Source of the DNA: an uncultured virus (IMG/VR IMGVR_UViG_3300001518_000034)
Taxonomy: Duplodnaviria; Heunggongvirae; Uroviricota; Caudoviricetes
Direction: 5' to 3' (one strand)
IMG/VR virus record: IMGVR_UViG_3300001518_000034
Length of the DNA stretch: 64,000 nucleotides
A program made the translations under genes and the position numbers. Every line of letters begins with the position of its first letter. Position 1 is the first letter of the stretch. This document shows positions 8,280-19,002 of this stretch, piece by piece. The notes under the pieces were generated by a model that saw nothing but the letters and a program-made list of their open reading frames with translations, had not been told where the DNA came from and searched no databases.

Positions 8280-8642
8280 ATGGTAAAAAAGAAAAATTGG
8301 ACAGTTCCTCTAATTAAAGGAACAACTATCCCATGGACAGAAATTTGGGATGCCGCATCTAATGTAAATCTTGATGAATGTGAACCTGATGATTTTAAGT
8401 TTGATGCTACAATTAAGTTTATTGGAATTCGTAAGGGTTATGGTTCAGGTACAAAAGTATTTGTTGAAGACAGAGATCGCACATATACAAACTCTCGTGG
8501 TGAAAATCATCAAGTAGAATATGGAATATTTCTTACTGATTCATATGATATTATCATGAAGATGAATGAAGGTGTTATGAGTGGCACATTTACAGTATGT
8601 AAACGTGGTCAAGATTATGGAATTAAACTAATTAGAGAATGA
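8280..8642 (+). CDS. Hypothetical phage protein
   Basis: 120-aa ORF; ATGA overlap with the next gene. Confidence 0.65.
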   Translation: MVKKKNWTVPLIKGTTIPWTEIWDAASNVNLDECEPDDFKFDATIKFIGIRKGYGSGTKVFVEDRDRTYTNSRGENHQVEYGIFLTDSYDIIMKMNEGVMSGTFTVCKRGQDYGIKLIRE

Positions 8643-9157
8643 GTTATACGGATAAATTTTTAAAAGACAATTGTAAGTTAATTTTTTTATCCATTCAAAA
8701 TGGATTTAATTCAGAATCAGAATATCGTAATAAAATTATTTTGCCAAATTATGATATTCAACAATTAGCTCAATATTTTGGTAATGGTATAGAAGCTGCA
8801 AGTAGAGGAGAATTAAAAAAATTAGGACTTAATTGTAGAGCAGGAGATCCAAAAAATAAAGATGAAGATGATGTTATAATTTTTGAACATCGAATTTTCG
8901 ATTTTGAAATGAAACTTACATTACGTAAATATACAAAAACCGGAAAAGTAAAAAAAGCTTCATGGTGGACAGATAGAAATCAATATGATGATAAGTTAAG
9001 AAATTTTATTTGTATTGAAGCTGAATATATAGATGGTGTATTTAAATTTATTGACATATTTGTAAGTTTTAAAAAATTGTCATATATGGATATAATATCA
9101 AATACTATTAATCGTGATTTAATAGTACAAAATTCAATAAATATTTGGAATGACTAA
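8639..9157 (+). CDS. Hypothetical protein, possible PD-(D/E)XK nuclease fold
   Basis: E...DVII...FEMK arrangement resembles a restriction-endonuclease active site. Confidence 0.4.
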   Translation: MSYTDKFLKDNCKLIFLSIQNGFNSESEYRNKIILPNYDIQQLAQYFGNGIEAASRGELKKLGLNCRAGDPKNKDEDDVIIFEHRIFDFEMKLTLRKYTKTGKVKKASWWTDRNQYDDKLRNFICIEAEYIDGVFKFIDIFVSFKKLSYMDIISNTINRDLIVQNSINIWND

Positions 9158-9509
9158 AAATATTAAAGATTTTTTACATAAGAAATGTTGCCTTAATTGT
9201 GATGGATTTTGTTGGTGGGATGGGGATTATTGTTGTTTCCCTAATTTTAAAATTCATCAATATGGATATGAAAATGGCCCATGGTTTAATAAAGATATAG
9301 ATAATACTATGAAAACACCAGATACATGTGAAGATTATGATTATGCCCATCATGAAACATATCCTGAAAGTGATAACCCATATATAAAAGAATATAAGAA
9401 GTTTAAGGAATGGGATAAACTTTGCAGACAACTTGAAAATCATGTTTTAGATGCATCGGGATATTACGAAAAATATACAAAACCAAAATATTATGGAAAC
9501 ATTAAATAA
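9150..9509 (+). CDS. Hypothetical Cys-rich protein
   Basis: CCLNC...C...CC...C pattern. Confidence 0.6.
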   Translation: MTKNIKDFLHKKCCLNCDGFCWWDGDYCCFPNFKIHQYGYENGPWFNKDIDNTMKTPDTCEDYDYAHHETYPESDNPYIKEYKKFKEWDKLCRQLENHVLDASGYYEKYTKPKYYGNIK

Positions 9510-9786
9510 TGAAGAAGTAAAACAAGAAATATTGAACTTTATACAGGAAGATGGTCTTAAAATGATGATTGGTTGGTATAAAGAAAAAGGAAGAGTATTT
9601 CCATTACTTATTGAAGATGGTGTTCCAATAAGTACTAATCTTTTTTATGGGATGGCAATTAGAAATCATATTCAAAAACATTTTAATGTAGTTCCTGATA
9701 AAATTAAAGATTGGGGTATTTATGAAGATTATATCTATAATATGCTTAAAAATATATTAGAAGAAAAAATTAAGGAGGGTTACTAA
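9493..9786 (+). CDS. Hypothetical protein
   Basis: ORF-track 9451-9786; the ATG at 9493 (METLNN) is the more likely start. Confidence 0.55.
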   Translation: METLNNEEVKQEILNFIQEDGLKMMIGWYKEKGRVFPLLIEDGVPISTNLFYGMAIRNHIQKHFNVVPDKIKDWGIYEDYIYNMLKNILEEKIKEGY

Positions 9787-9804
9787 CAAATGGTAATCCT
9801 CCTT
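9772..9804. terminator. Hairpin terminator between convergent genes
   Basis: aaggagggttacta-acaaa-tggtaatcctcctt. Confidence 0.65.
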
Positions 9805-9830
9805 TAATAAATGTTTTATATAATAAATGT

Positions 9831-12800
9831 TTAAATAAGTTTTCTGAATTTAAATGTTAATGATGCATTTGCTTCAAAATCAGATTCTGCTGCTATTTGT
9901 ATTTTGGAATATCCGGAACTTGAAGATGTTTGAAGTATGCGCAAATAAAGACGTTTACCACCAGCATGACCACTTCGATGTAATATTATTTCATCAGTTA
10001 AGCTTCCATTTGTACTGTGATAAATTGACATAATACCTGAATATATAGCTGGCCAACTGTCTGCTCCTGTAGCTGTTGTTCCTACAGCACTTGAAGGTAA
10101 AGTGCCATGCGATATTTGAACCGCATATGTACCGTTTCCTTTGTTTATTGTATTTGAAGTATTAGCATCACCTGTTGTAATTCCTGTGTCCATCCATGCT
10201 TCTGTAACCTTTAATGTTTTAGTAAATGTTAAAGTATCATAATCATTAATAGCTTCAAGGAATTTATCTTTTGTAACATATTTAATTACATCACTATTAT
10301 TAGCAGCAACATATACTTTTGCAAAATCTGTTGAGTTTAAATTTTCTGCAGTTGTACTAATCCAATTTGCAAATATATTACCTGAACTATCGCGAGCAAC
10401 AATTGTAGATGCTGTTTTAGCATTAGCTACCCATCGTTTATGTCCACCATTACTAGTTAAACAATATTCTGCTGAATTCATTGATGTTTTAAACCCTGTT
10501 GCATATACATAACCATTAACATATAATTTTTCTGTTGGTGAGGTAGTTCCTATACCTATATTTCCATAAGGTAATATTGTATTAGTACCATTTCCATATA
10601 TTAACCATGTACTTGTTGTATCATCATATATACCTCTATAAGTTATTTGATCACCAGTTCCAATACCAAAGCTTATCATTGAACCATTAGTATAATGAGT
10701 AGCATCAATACTTATACCATGTATATTTTTATATATACCACTAGTTGTATGTTTTTCAATATATATATCACCACATAAGTTCATTCGACCTGTTGATGAT
10801 TGTAAAGCAAACTTATTTGTTGCAGCAACAGTATCTGTACAAGATTCATTAATATGATCATCAACTAAATGAGTTAATAATACACCTCGCCATGAATCTG
10901 TACTTGTATATTCTTGATAAACTTTTCTATCTTCAGGATCAATAGTACATTGTACTAATTCACCATTTTTTAAATATACTGGTTGAGTACTTGAACCTCG
11001 TGTTTCTGTAAGTTTAGTTATTGTACCTTCATTCAAATATACAGGAGTAGCTGTACCACCAGCACTTCCCGATAATGCTGTTGGTACACCATCTTTCAAA
11101 TAAATTGGTTGAACAGTTTCACCAATTGTACTTGTCCATGAACTTATTGTATTATTATCACTATAATAAGCAATTTTATTAGTAGTACCACTATTAATAG
11201 CAACAGTACATGCTTTAGGTACTCCGGCATCCCAATAAATACCCTTTGTAGCACTACCATATGAATCAGCAGTACCTATATATAATTTAGCCCATCTATT
11301 ACCAGATGAACCTAAATTTTGTCCATTATTTCCACTTGGTATAATATTACCAACACTACTCATATTACCACTTACATTAGCAGTTCCATCAAATGACTGT
11401 CCCCAGATAGTTCGCGCATTTACAAATTTGGTAGCTGTTGATGCGTTACCTGTAAGAGTAGCTTTAATTGTTGAAGGAAGTTTTAGTTTGACTGCGGTAC
11501 TACCATTTACACTTACTGCTGTTCCGGTATTAGTTGAATCATTGTCAGCAATAGAGATATTCCTTGCTGTTCCCCAATTTGTTGTTGTAATATCAGCTGT
11601 ACCATCAAATAAAGTACCATTAATGTTGTGTGCAGTTGTAAGTTTGGTGGCTTCAGAAGCACTTCCTGCAGATCCAGTAATATTAATTTCCCATGTTCCA
11701 GTGGCGCCAGTACCTGTTTTTGTGACTGTATAATTTGTATAATTACTACTATCTAATAATTTATTCCAACCTCCTGATAATGTAGTTGCTGTTCTCCAAT
11801 ATAAACCTGTTGCTTCATTAGATGACATTAATAATTGCCCATACCAACCAGCAGCAGTTTTGAAACTTAATACTCCAAAAGCATCAACATTGGTTGGTTT
11901 ATCTGAAACAGAATTATCTCCACCGGCAGCTGCATATATTAAATTATTATCATTAGTAAATGAAGATAAACTAGATATAGATGTTTGAGCAATCTGACGA
12001 GCTATTAAATCAGTAATTGTTTTATTTGCTGATACAACATCATTAATAGTAATAGCTACTGTTAAGTTTGTTGCATTAGTAGATGATAATGTACTAACAC
12101 TTAAGCTATTAATTATTTGTGCACTTGATTTAGATATTGTTGAAGTTATACCATTTACAGTATCTGTATGTTCTGATAATGACATTATATTTGTATTTGA
12201 TGTTAATTGACCACCAGATGCTGTATGTGCATTAATTATCTTAACATTATTTGATGCACCAGCTGATTTTTCTGTATTACCAATCTTAATAGTATGATTT
12301 GATTGAGTTAAATAATTACCATTAGATGAAATAGTTCCTCCACTAAATGTTTGGAATAAATCAGATGCATTAAATCCATCTAATTTAGCTGCATCAATTG
12401 CAAGTGTTTTTGTTGTGCCACCTATTGTTATGCTTGTTATTTGATTACCTGCATTACTAAAGTTTGTAAATAATTCTGTTGGTGTTAATCCATCAATGTA
12501 AGATGCACTATAAGCATATATCTTAGGAATATAAGCATAACTTGATTCTATACCATTAACTTTATATCTTAAAACTAAGTTATATGATGTTGTTGTATAT
12601 GTAGTAGAATCAATATATGACCATTCAGCTGAATTAATTATTTTAACATTACTTGATGCACCAGCTGATTTTTCTGTATTACCAATCTTAATAGTATGAT
12701 TTGATTGAGTTAAATAATTACCATTAGATGAAATAGTTCCTCCACTAAATGATTGGAATAAATCAGATGCATTAAATCCATCTAATGTAGCTGCATCAAT

Positions 12801-14777
12801 TGCAAGTGTTTTTGTGGTGTCACCTATTGTTATACTTGTTATTTGGTTACCTGCATTACTAAAGTTTGTGAATAAACTTGTTAATAATTTGTGATCACCA
12901 CCACCTAATAATATATATGTATTATTACTATTGTATTTATAAAATCCATCACGAGCTTTTACTTTACCACTTGTTGTAACTTCAAATAGATTAAATCTAT
13001 TATTATTTGAGTTTCCACCACCTACAGAAAATATTGTGTCTGAATTAGATAAATTAAAATGACCTGTAGCAAATTCATAATTATGTAATGCTTGTGTATC
13101 TTGACCACATACAAATGAACATAAACCTGATGCTGTTGTATTAGCATTTACTGCAAAAGAGGCCCATCCTGATGCTATTACATTACTACCATGTGCAAAA
13201 GATTGATCACCAGAAGAAGTAGAACCATTACCTCCAACATGTGAACACCATCCTAATGCTATATTTGTACTACCTTCTGCATGACTAAATTGACCTTGAG
13301 CTTCTGATAAATAACCTTCAGCATGTGAAGTATCACCTGAAGCTTTAGTAGAACTACCTTCTGCATGAGCATAAGGTCCAGCTTCAGTATTTACACCTTC
13401 AGCATGTGAACATATATTTTTTGCTCTAACATTTTGTCCTTCTGCATGACTAAATTGACCTTGAGCTTCTGATAAATAACCTTCAGCATGTGAAGTATCA
13501 CCTGAAGCTTTAGTAGAACTACCTTCTGCATGAGCATAATCACCAGCAATTGTATTAGTACCTTCTGCATGTGCACATGGAGCATTTGCACTTACATTAT
13601 TACCTTGTGCAAATGATTTATAATATGGATTAATAGATATACAAGTATTAGTATATGCAAAATTACTATTATTTAAATTATTAGAATTAGTAAATAATAT
13701 TGGATATGTTGTATTGTTAGATTTTTCTGTTACTAATATTTTATATGCATCAATTTTAAGTTTTTTTGTGGTGTCACCAATTGTTATACTTGTTGTTTGA
13801 TTTGCTTCAGTACTAAAATTAGTAAATAACTCTTCTTTAGTTTTTCCTCCTAAAGTATAAGAATTTAATTGTAAATATTTTTCAACATCACCTATTTCAA
13901 TATATGCACAATTATTATCACCATTTCTAAAGTCTTTAAATAAATCATTAACATGGAATCCATCAACAGTATCAGCATTATCAACATTACCATGAAATAT
14001 ACCAAAAAAATGACCAGCATATGCTGAATTTAATGCAGGATTATAATAGAACTCACCATCTATATAACTTAAACTATAAGCAAGGTTTTTACTAAATGTA
14101 ATACAATATTTACTATTATTATTTATACTATGAACTGATTGATAACTATTAAATAATGCATATGTTGTATATGATGTATATGTTGAATATGTTGCATAAT
14201 CAGCAGTTTCAGCATGTCCTTTTAAATCACCTACAAAATATGTACTGTTTAATGTTTCTTCATAAGGATTATATAATAATTTATTGTTAACATATGTATA
14301 TGATTCATCATTTATATTGTTAACAAATGAAATATAATAAGAAGAATTATTATTTGTTGATTTTGTTGTTGTTTTATATGTTAAATCAGATACAGTTGAA
14401 TAATCAGCTGTACCTTGTAAACCACCAATAAATTTACCACTAACAGGATTAATACCAACATTTAATGCAACATATGTATAATAATATGCATTTGGTGTTG
14501 TTCCACTAATAACAGGAAAATAATATGTAGTATAGGAATTTGCTAAACTATTATTTGCAATATCTTTAATATAAATTTTATCTATTGATGGTATACTATT
14601 TTTAATATTATTTATAGCAGACATCCCAACACCTACATACGAATTTGTTATAGGTACATAAATTTGTTTTTCATCACCAATAAATATTAAAGAATTTTTA
14701 TATCTTTGGATAATAGTATCATTCATTTCAGATGATTTTTCAATATATCCAAATAAATTATTATTTATATCTAACAT
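9831..14777 (-). CDS. Tail fibre / receptor-binding adhesin with YadA-head-like (SHAEG) repeats
   Basis: 1648 aa, Thr/Ser/Asn/Gly-rich; ~14-aa xHAEGxxTxAxG repeats; fibre motifs GTLFDGTADI, IWGQSFDGTANVSG and GNIGIGTTSPTEKLYVNG. Confidence 0.8.
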   Translation of the reverse strand: MLDINNNLFGYIEKSSEMNDTIIQRYKNSLIFIGDEKQIYVPITNSYVGVGMSAINNIKNSIPSIDKIYIKDIANNSLANSYTTYYFPVISGTTPNAYYYTYVALNVGINPVSGKFIGGLQGTADYSTVSDLTYKTTTKSTNNNSSYYISFVNNINDESYTYVNNKLLYNPYEETLNSTYFVGDLKGHAETADYATYSTYTSYTTYALFNSYQSVHSINNNSKYCITFSKNLAYSLSYIDGEFYYNPALNSAYAGHFFGIFHGNVDNADTVDGFHVNDLFKDFRNGDNNCAYIEIGDVEKYLQLNSYTLGGKTKEELFTNFSTEANQTTSITIGDTTKKLKIDAYKILVTEKSNNTTYPILFTNSNNLNNSNFAYTNTCISINPYYKSFAQGNNVSANAPCAHAEGTNTIAGDYAHAEGSSTKASGDTSHAEGYLSEAQGQFSHAEGQNVRAKNICSHAEGVNTEAGPYAHAEGSSTKASGDTSHAEGYLSEAQGQFSHAEGSTNIALGWCSHVGGNGSTSSGDQSFAHGSNVIASGWASFAVNANTTASGLCSFVCGQDTQALHNYEFATGHFNLSNSDTIFSVGGGNSNNNRFNLFEVTTSGKVKARDGFYKYNSNNTYILLGGGDHKLLTSLFTNFSNAGNQITSITIGDTTKTLAIDAATLDGFNASDLFQSFSGGTISSNGNYLTQSNHTIKIGNTEKSAGASSNVKIINSAEWSYIDSTTYTTTSYNLVLRYKVNGIESSYAYIPKIYAYSASYIDGLTPTELFTNFSNAGNQITSITIGGTTKTLAIDAAKLDGFNASDLFQTFSGGTISSNGNYLTQSNHTIKIGNTEKSAGASNNVKIINAHTASGGQLTSNTNIMSLSEHTDTVNGITSTISKSSAQIINSLSVSTLSSTNATNLTVAITINDVVSANKTITDLIARQIAQTSISSLSSFTNDNNLIYAAAGGDNSVSDKPTNVDAFGVLSFKTAAGWYGQLLMSSNEATGLYWRTATTLSGGWNKLLDSSNYTNYTVTKTGTGATGTWEINITGSAGSASEATKLTTAHNINGTLFDGTADITTTNWGTARNISIADNDSTNTGTAVSVNGSTAVKLKLPSTIKATLTGNASTATKFVNARTIWGQSFDGTANVSGNMSSVGNIIPSGNNGQNLGSSGNRWAKLYIGTADSYGSATKGIYWDAGVPKACTVAINSGTTNKIAYYSDNNTISSWTSTIGETVQPIYLKDGVPTALSGSAGGTATPVYLNEGTITKLTETRGSSTQPVYLKNGELVQCTIDPEDRKVYQEYTSTDSWRGVLLTHLVDDHINESCTDTVAATNKFALQSSTGRMNLCGDIYIEKHTTSGIYKNIHGISIDATHYTNGSMISFGIGTGDQITYRGIYDDTTSTWLIYGNGTNTILPYGNIGIGTTSPTEKLYVNGYVYATGFKTSMNSAEYCLTSNGGHKRWVANAKTASTIVARDSSGNIFANWISTTAENLNSTDFAKVYVAANNSDVIKYVTKDKFLEAINDYDTLTFTKTLKVTEAWMDTGITTGDANTSNTINKGNGTYAVQISHGTLPSSAVGTTATGADSWPAIYSGIMSIYHSTNGSLTDEIILHRSGHAGGKRLYLRILQTSSSSGYSKIQIAAESDFEANASLTFKFRKLI
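12231..12875. repeat. Direct repeat of ~243 bp (12231-12473 and 12633-12875) inside the tail fibre gene
   Basis: 402-bp (134-codon) offset with about ten mismatches; LFTNFSNAGNQITSITIG...SNVKIIN occurs twice. Confidence 0.9.
13273..13539. repeat. Identical 102-bp direct repeat (13273-13374 and 13438-13539) in the SHAEG region
   Basis: 165-bp offset; YAHAEGSSTKASGDTSHAEGYLSEAQGQFSHAEG occurs twice. Confidence 0.9.
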
Positions 14778-14812
14778 TTATTATAAAATACATATTTCAT
14801 TTATTAAAAATA

Positions 14813-14844
14813 AAAAAGATTACTGATCGATCAGTAATCTTTTT
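14813..14844. terminator. Perfect 32-bp palindrome / intrinsic terminator
   Basis: aaaaagattactgatc|gatcagtaatcttttt. Confidence 0.75.
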
Positions 14845-14847
14845 ATA

Positions 14848-15084
14848 TTATTCTTCTATATTTGTTGTAATAAAAGAAGAATCTAAATTTTCTTTTATAT
14901 ATTCATTTGCTGCTATTAATTGTAATCCTTCGTTAACATTAGATGTTGATAGATTAATTATTGAATTTTCTTCATCATATTCAGCTTTAACTCCAAAATT
15001 TTCTTGTACATATTCTAAAGCTTTATCTATTTTATAATCTATATTAACAATTTCTTTTGCAAATTCATATTCATTTCGATCCAT
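14848..15084 (-). CDS. Hypothetical protein
   Basis: 78-aa acidic ORF. Confidence 0.65.
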   Translation of the reverse strand: MDRNEYEFAKEIVNIDYKIDKALEYVQENFGVKAEYDEENSIINLSTSNVNEGLQLIAANEYIKENLDSSFITTNIEE

Positions 15085-15108
15085 TTTAAAAGTTAAACAT
15101 TATATTTC

Positions 15109-15672
15109 TTAACACTCATTAATATGTTCTTCAAAATACTCTGATAATGATTCAGCTAAATGTTCCTTATCAAAGAAATTATCTATAACATAATTACATA
15201 TATCTTTAATCGGCACATCTAGCACATTAACTAACATACTAAACTCTTTAAATGGCCATTCTTCTTCAACTATTTCAAAATTAATTGTTCTTTCAACTGG
15301 ATATTTATCAAATACTTTTTTAATTAAATCATAATTTGGATTTTTTTCAACTTTTTTAATTGTAGATGTATTAATATTTGATTGATTAGTTGTATCAATT
15401 GTTTTTATTCTATCTTCTATATCAATTCCTTGATTAATTCTTGCTAGTAATGATGGATCTTTTTTACCATATAAATCTGCTAATGTTGGAACTACTTCTC
15501 CTTCTTCGCATTGTATATATTTCGAAAATTCGTCCATTGATAGTTGTCCTTTATTAGTAATAACAACCATTTTATCACCATCAATTAAGCTATCTCGTAC
15601 AAAGACTTCTTCACCTGTTTGAGTATTTACCCATTTACCAGGTTGAATCATTCCTGAACCATGCTCACCCAT
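15109..15672 (-). CDS. Hypothetical protein
   Basis: 187-aa ORF. Confidence 0.7.
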   Translation of the reverse strand: MGEHGSGMIQPGKWVNTQTGEEVFVRDSLIDGDKMVVITNKGQLSMDEFSKYIQCEEGEVVPTLADLYGKKDPSLLARINQGIDIEDRIKTIDTTNQSNINTSTIKKVEKNPNYDLIKKVFDKYPVERTINFEIVEEEWPFKEFSMLVNVLDVPIKDICNYVIDNFFDKEHLAESLSEYFEEHINEC

Positions 15673-15738
15673 TTAACATTTTTTAAAATATTTTTATCTA
15701 AAATAATATAGAAATATTTATTTAAAAAATTCAATTTT

Positions 15739-16269
15739 TTATGAATAATTTTCTAATAATTCTTCTCTTTTTTCTTCATGAAGTAAATAATCACATATTA
15801 CATCCATAATTTCTATATTATCTTTATCTAAAAAATATAAATATTTTAGGTTATCAGAATTTATTTTATCTAGTATATATTGTGATTCTTTAATTTCTTT
15901 TTTTATTCTCGAATGATCATGATTTTTTGTATCTAACCATACTAATATTAATTCATTATTAGATAAGAATATTTTATTTGATATATTATTAAAATCTTCT
16001 GAATTCATGAATATAACATTATTTTCATAAAATGAATCTAATGTAACTCCATAACTTTTATTTAAAATTGTTTTAACATATAATATAGCATTGTTTTTAT
16101 AACATCTGTTTAATTCTTCATTAGATATTAAATAATGATAATCATCTATTTTATCTTCATTTGTTACAAATAATTTTGCTACTTTAAACATATTTTCATT
16201 TTTTAATAACAAATCTATTAAAGATATTTTATCAATTGAATTTTCTCCTACTATTAAAAATTTTAACAT
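15739..16269 (-). CDS. Guanylate-kinase-like protein with degenerate P-loop
   Basis: FLIVGENSIDK replaces GxSGxGK; YHYLISNEE and SYGVTL match the GK nucleotide-binding segments. Confidence 0.5.
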   Translation of the reverse strand: MLKFLIVGENSIDKISLIDLLLKNENMFKVAKLFVTNEDKIDDYHYLISNEELNRCYKNNAILYVKTILNKSYGVTLDSFYENNVIFMNSEDFNNISNKIFLSNNELILVWLDTKNHDHSRIKKEIKESQYILDKINSDNLKYLYFLDKDNIEIMDVICDYLLHEEKREELLENYS

Positions 16270-16285
16270 TTAATTATTAACTTAA

Positions 16286-19000
16286 TTATATTTCTGTTGG
16301 TATTTTCCAAATTGATTTAATTTTATTGGATTGAACTTCATTAACAATAAACTTATTTTGACTTTGTATATAAGTTACAAATAATGTATTACCTAAATAA
16401 AAATCTTTTGAATTTAACGTATCAATTGTAACACCTGTATCTGTTGAACTAACAATAGAAATTGATTCCGATAATACACTGTTTGATGAAACTAAATACA
16501 ATTGTTTACCACCAACTACTATAATATCATTTGTATTTGATTCAAAATTTACATCACTAGTATAATTAAATCCTAAATATTTAACTAAATTTGGTAATAC
16601 TAACAAATCATTATATTTATAATAATAAGGCATTTGATTTTCGGCCGAATTTTTAACAGCTATAATAGGACTAATATATAAATATTGTTTAGCTGCATCA
16701 GAACCATAATCTAATTTCATATTTGATGCAAGTGTTGATAATTGTCGAATATCTCCTTCTAAACTATCAATATTTATAATTTTATACATATTTGATATAC
16801 GTTGATTATCTGCTAATATATTATCAAATATATAATATTTAAACTGTGGAATAAACGATGTACTTTGAATTTCAATACCATTTATTTCTGATTTATTCCA
16901 ATCAAATTTATTTAATATAAGATTTCCACCAACTTCAATATCATTAGCAACTGTTAAATCACCATTTGTATTAATATAACTAAAATTAATATTAAGAGTA
17001 TCTTGTATTTTAAAACTATTTTTAGTATTATAGTCAGTTAACGTATTTTCTCCTAAATTAATATTTAAACTATATGAACCAATTGTTAAAATGTTTTTAT
17101 TTGTTTGATGAGATGTACCAATATAACTATAATACATTTGTCCATCATTATCAAATGTAATTATATTTGTTTTATTTAATACATTAAAATCTTTTATTAA
17201 AACTTCCGATAAATCAAATAAAGGTACATTATAGTTTGGTATATATTCATTATAATAATTGATTTTATTACGAGTTACATATTGATAAAGAGTATTAGTA
17301 ACTACATTGGTTGTATTTGATGTACTTGCATTATTTTTTAAATATTTTGTATCGGAACCTTTTGAAACACCTTTAATATCTTTGCCAATTTCTCCTGAAA
17401 TATAATTAATATATTTTAGCGAGAAATTCATATTATTATTATATTTGTTATTATATTGTGATCCTTTTATATTTTGAAGTACAGGATATGAATATAATAA
17501 TTGTTTGTTATCTTGTTTTAACTGTTGATAAATTTGATCAAAAACTAAATGTCTATATAAATAATTATCAGGAGTTATTTGAGAAACATGTTGAATTTCA
17601 TATTTTATAAGATTTTCAAAATTAGTTAATTGATTAAAATCTAAAGCAATATCATTGTTTATACATATACATTCAAAATGACCATTAATATTTTCTTGAT
17701 TATCATTTTCTTCATTATAAACATAATGCCACATTGTTGTGACATATCCGTTTCCATATTTTTCAAGATTTTTTCCTTCAACAATAATATCTGTAATTTT
17801 TGAAATAATAATTAATGTTGAATTTTCTAATATGGTTTTTAATTTAATATCGTTTTTGGTTAGATTATCTTTACTAATATTAGGTGTTCGGATATTACAA
17901 AGTATAATATCTTCACCATTTTGTATTTTAAAATCAAAATTATCAGAATAACCTATTTGATCTATATTAAAATTATTATTTAATCCAGATAAATATTTAT
18001 ATGTAACATTATCATTACCATTTTTGTAATAGTATGCTAAAATAATATTTAAATTAACAGCATCATGAGCTTTAGCTTGTATACTTGTTTCTTGATTATT
18101 AATAACCCAATAATCATCACTATTAACATAAGGTAATGTACATTTATAACTACATTCTACTTGTTCATTTTCATTTTTTACAACAAATACATATTCATAA
18201 ACATCTGTTTTGATAAATGATTGATCTGCACAATAGAATATATTTGTATTATAAAAATCTAATGATTCAAGCTCATAATCATCTTCAGTATTATTAAATC
18301 CTGCAGGAATAACATTAACATAAATATCCTTAAAACTATGGTATATAATAGATTTATTAACACCATTAGCAATATAACCAAATTGATAATTTAATGGAAT
18401 AAAAATTTTATCACTTTTAATAGGATGTACATCCATACCAGTTTTATCTTTTAATGGATTACCATCTTTATCTTTAGGATTATTAATATAATCAAATAAT
18501 TCAGCAATAATATTAAGTTGTTTATTTAATATAATATATGAATTATCTGAAGAATTGCTTGTACCATTTGATAGTACTAATTCTTTAATATATTCATTAT
18601 CTTCTAAATATTTTATATCATGTGATTGTATAATAGAGATAATATCTTGTAAATCATTAATATCAATTACATTGTAATCACTAATTCCATATATATTATT
18701 AATTTTACTTTTATTTAATGTATAAAAAGTACCTACATCTCCATTATGATTAGCATTGTGATATATTACATATAAATAAAGATCATTTGGTTTTGGATTT
18801 TCTGCTGTACCAACATATACATTTAATTTAGAAAATATCTCATTTATTGTAAATGTTATACTTTCTAATAACGAATCATTTGTATTTCTTTGACCAAGAT
18901 TAGCTAAAGCTTCATTATAATATTGATTTATAAAATTACCATTATTAATATAAGATAATCCATTTTTATCTACTAATCCTTGGATATTTTGTATAGGCAT
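16286..19000 (-). CDS. Large hypothetical protein, probably virion structural
   Basis: 904 aa, Asn/Ile/Tyr-rich, in a block with the tail fibre gene. Confidence 0.6.
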   Translation of the reverse strand: MPIQNIQGLVDKNGLSYINNGNFINQYYNEALANLGQRNTNDSLLESITFTINEIFSKLNVYVGTAENPKPNDLYLYVIYHNANHNGDVGTFYTLNKSKINNIYGISDYNVIDINDLQDIISIIQSHDIKYLEDNEYIKELVLSNGTSNSSDNSYIILNKQLNIIAELFDYINNPKDKDGNPLKDKTGMDVHPIKSDKIFIPLNYQFGYIANGVNKSIIYHSFKDIYVNVIPAGFNNTEDDYELESLDFYNTNIFYCADQSFIKTDVYEYVFVVKNENEQVECSYKCTLPYVNSDDYWVINNQETSIQAKAHDAVNLNIILAYYYKNGNDNVTYKYLSGLNNNFNIDQIGYSDNFDFKIQNGEDIILCNIRTPNISKDNLTKNDIKLKTILENSTLIIISKITDIIVEGKNLEKYGNGYVTTMWHYVYNEENDNQENINGHFECICINNDIALDFNQLTNFENLIKYEIQHVSQITPDNYLYRHLVFDQIYQQLKQDNKQLLYSYPVLQNIKGSQYNNKYNNNMNFSLKYINYISGEIGKDIKGVSKGSDTKYLKNNASTSNTTNVVTNTLYQYVTRNKINYYNEYIPNYNVPLFDLSEVLIKDFNVLNKTNIITFDNDGQMYYSYIGTSHQTNKNILTIGSYSLNINLGENTLTDYNTKNSFKIQDTLNINFSYINTNGDLTVANDIEVGGNLILNKFDWNKSEINGIEIQSTSFIPQFKYYIFDNILADNQRISNMYKIINIDSLEGDIRQLSTLASNMKLDYGSDAAKQYLYISPIIAVKNSAENQMPYYYKYNDLLVLPNLVKYLGFNYTSDVNFESNTNDIIVVGGKQLYLVSSNSVLSESISIVSSTDTGVTIDTLNSKDFYLGNTLFVTYIQSQNKFIVNEVQSNKIKSIWKIPTEI

Positions 19001-19002
19001 TT

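Noticed and set aside
12231..12875. Tail-fibre repeat pair as a diversity-generating retroelement TR/VR
   Set aside because: Mismatches are not restricted to adenines, both copies are in frame within the same gene, and no reverse transcriptase is present in the window.
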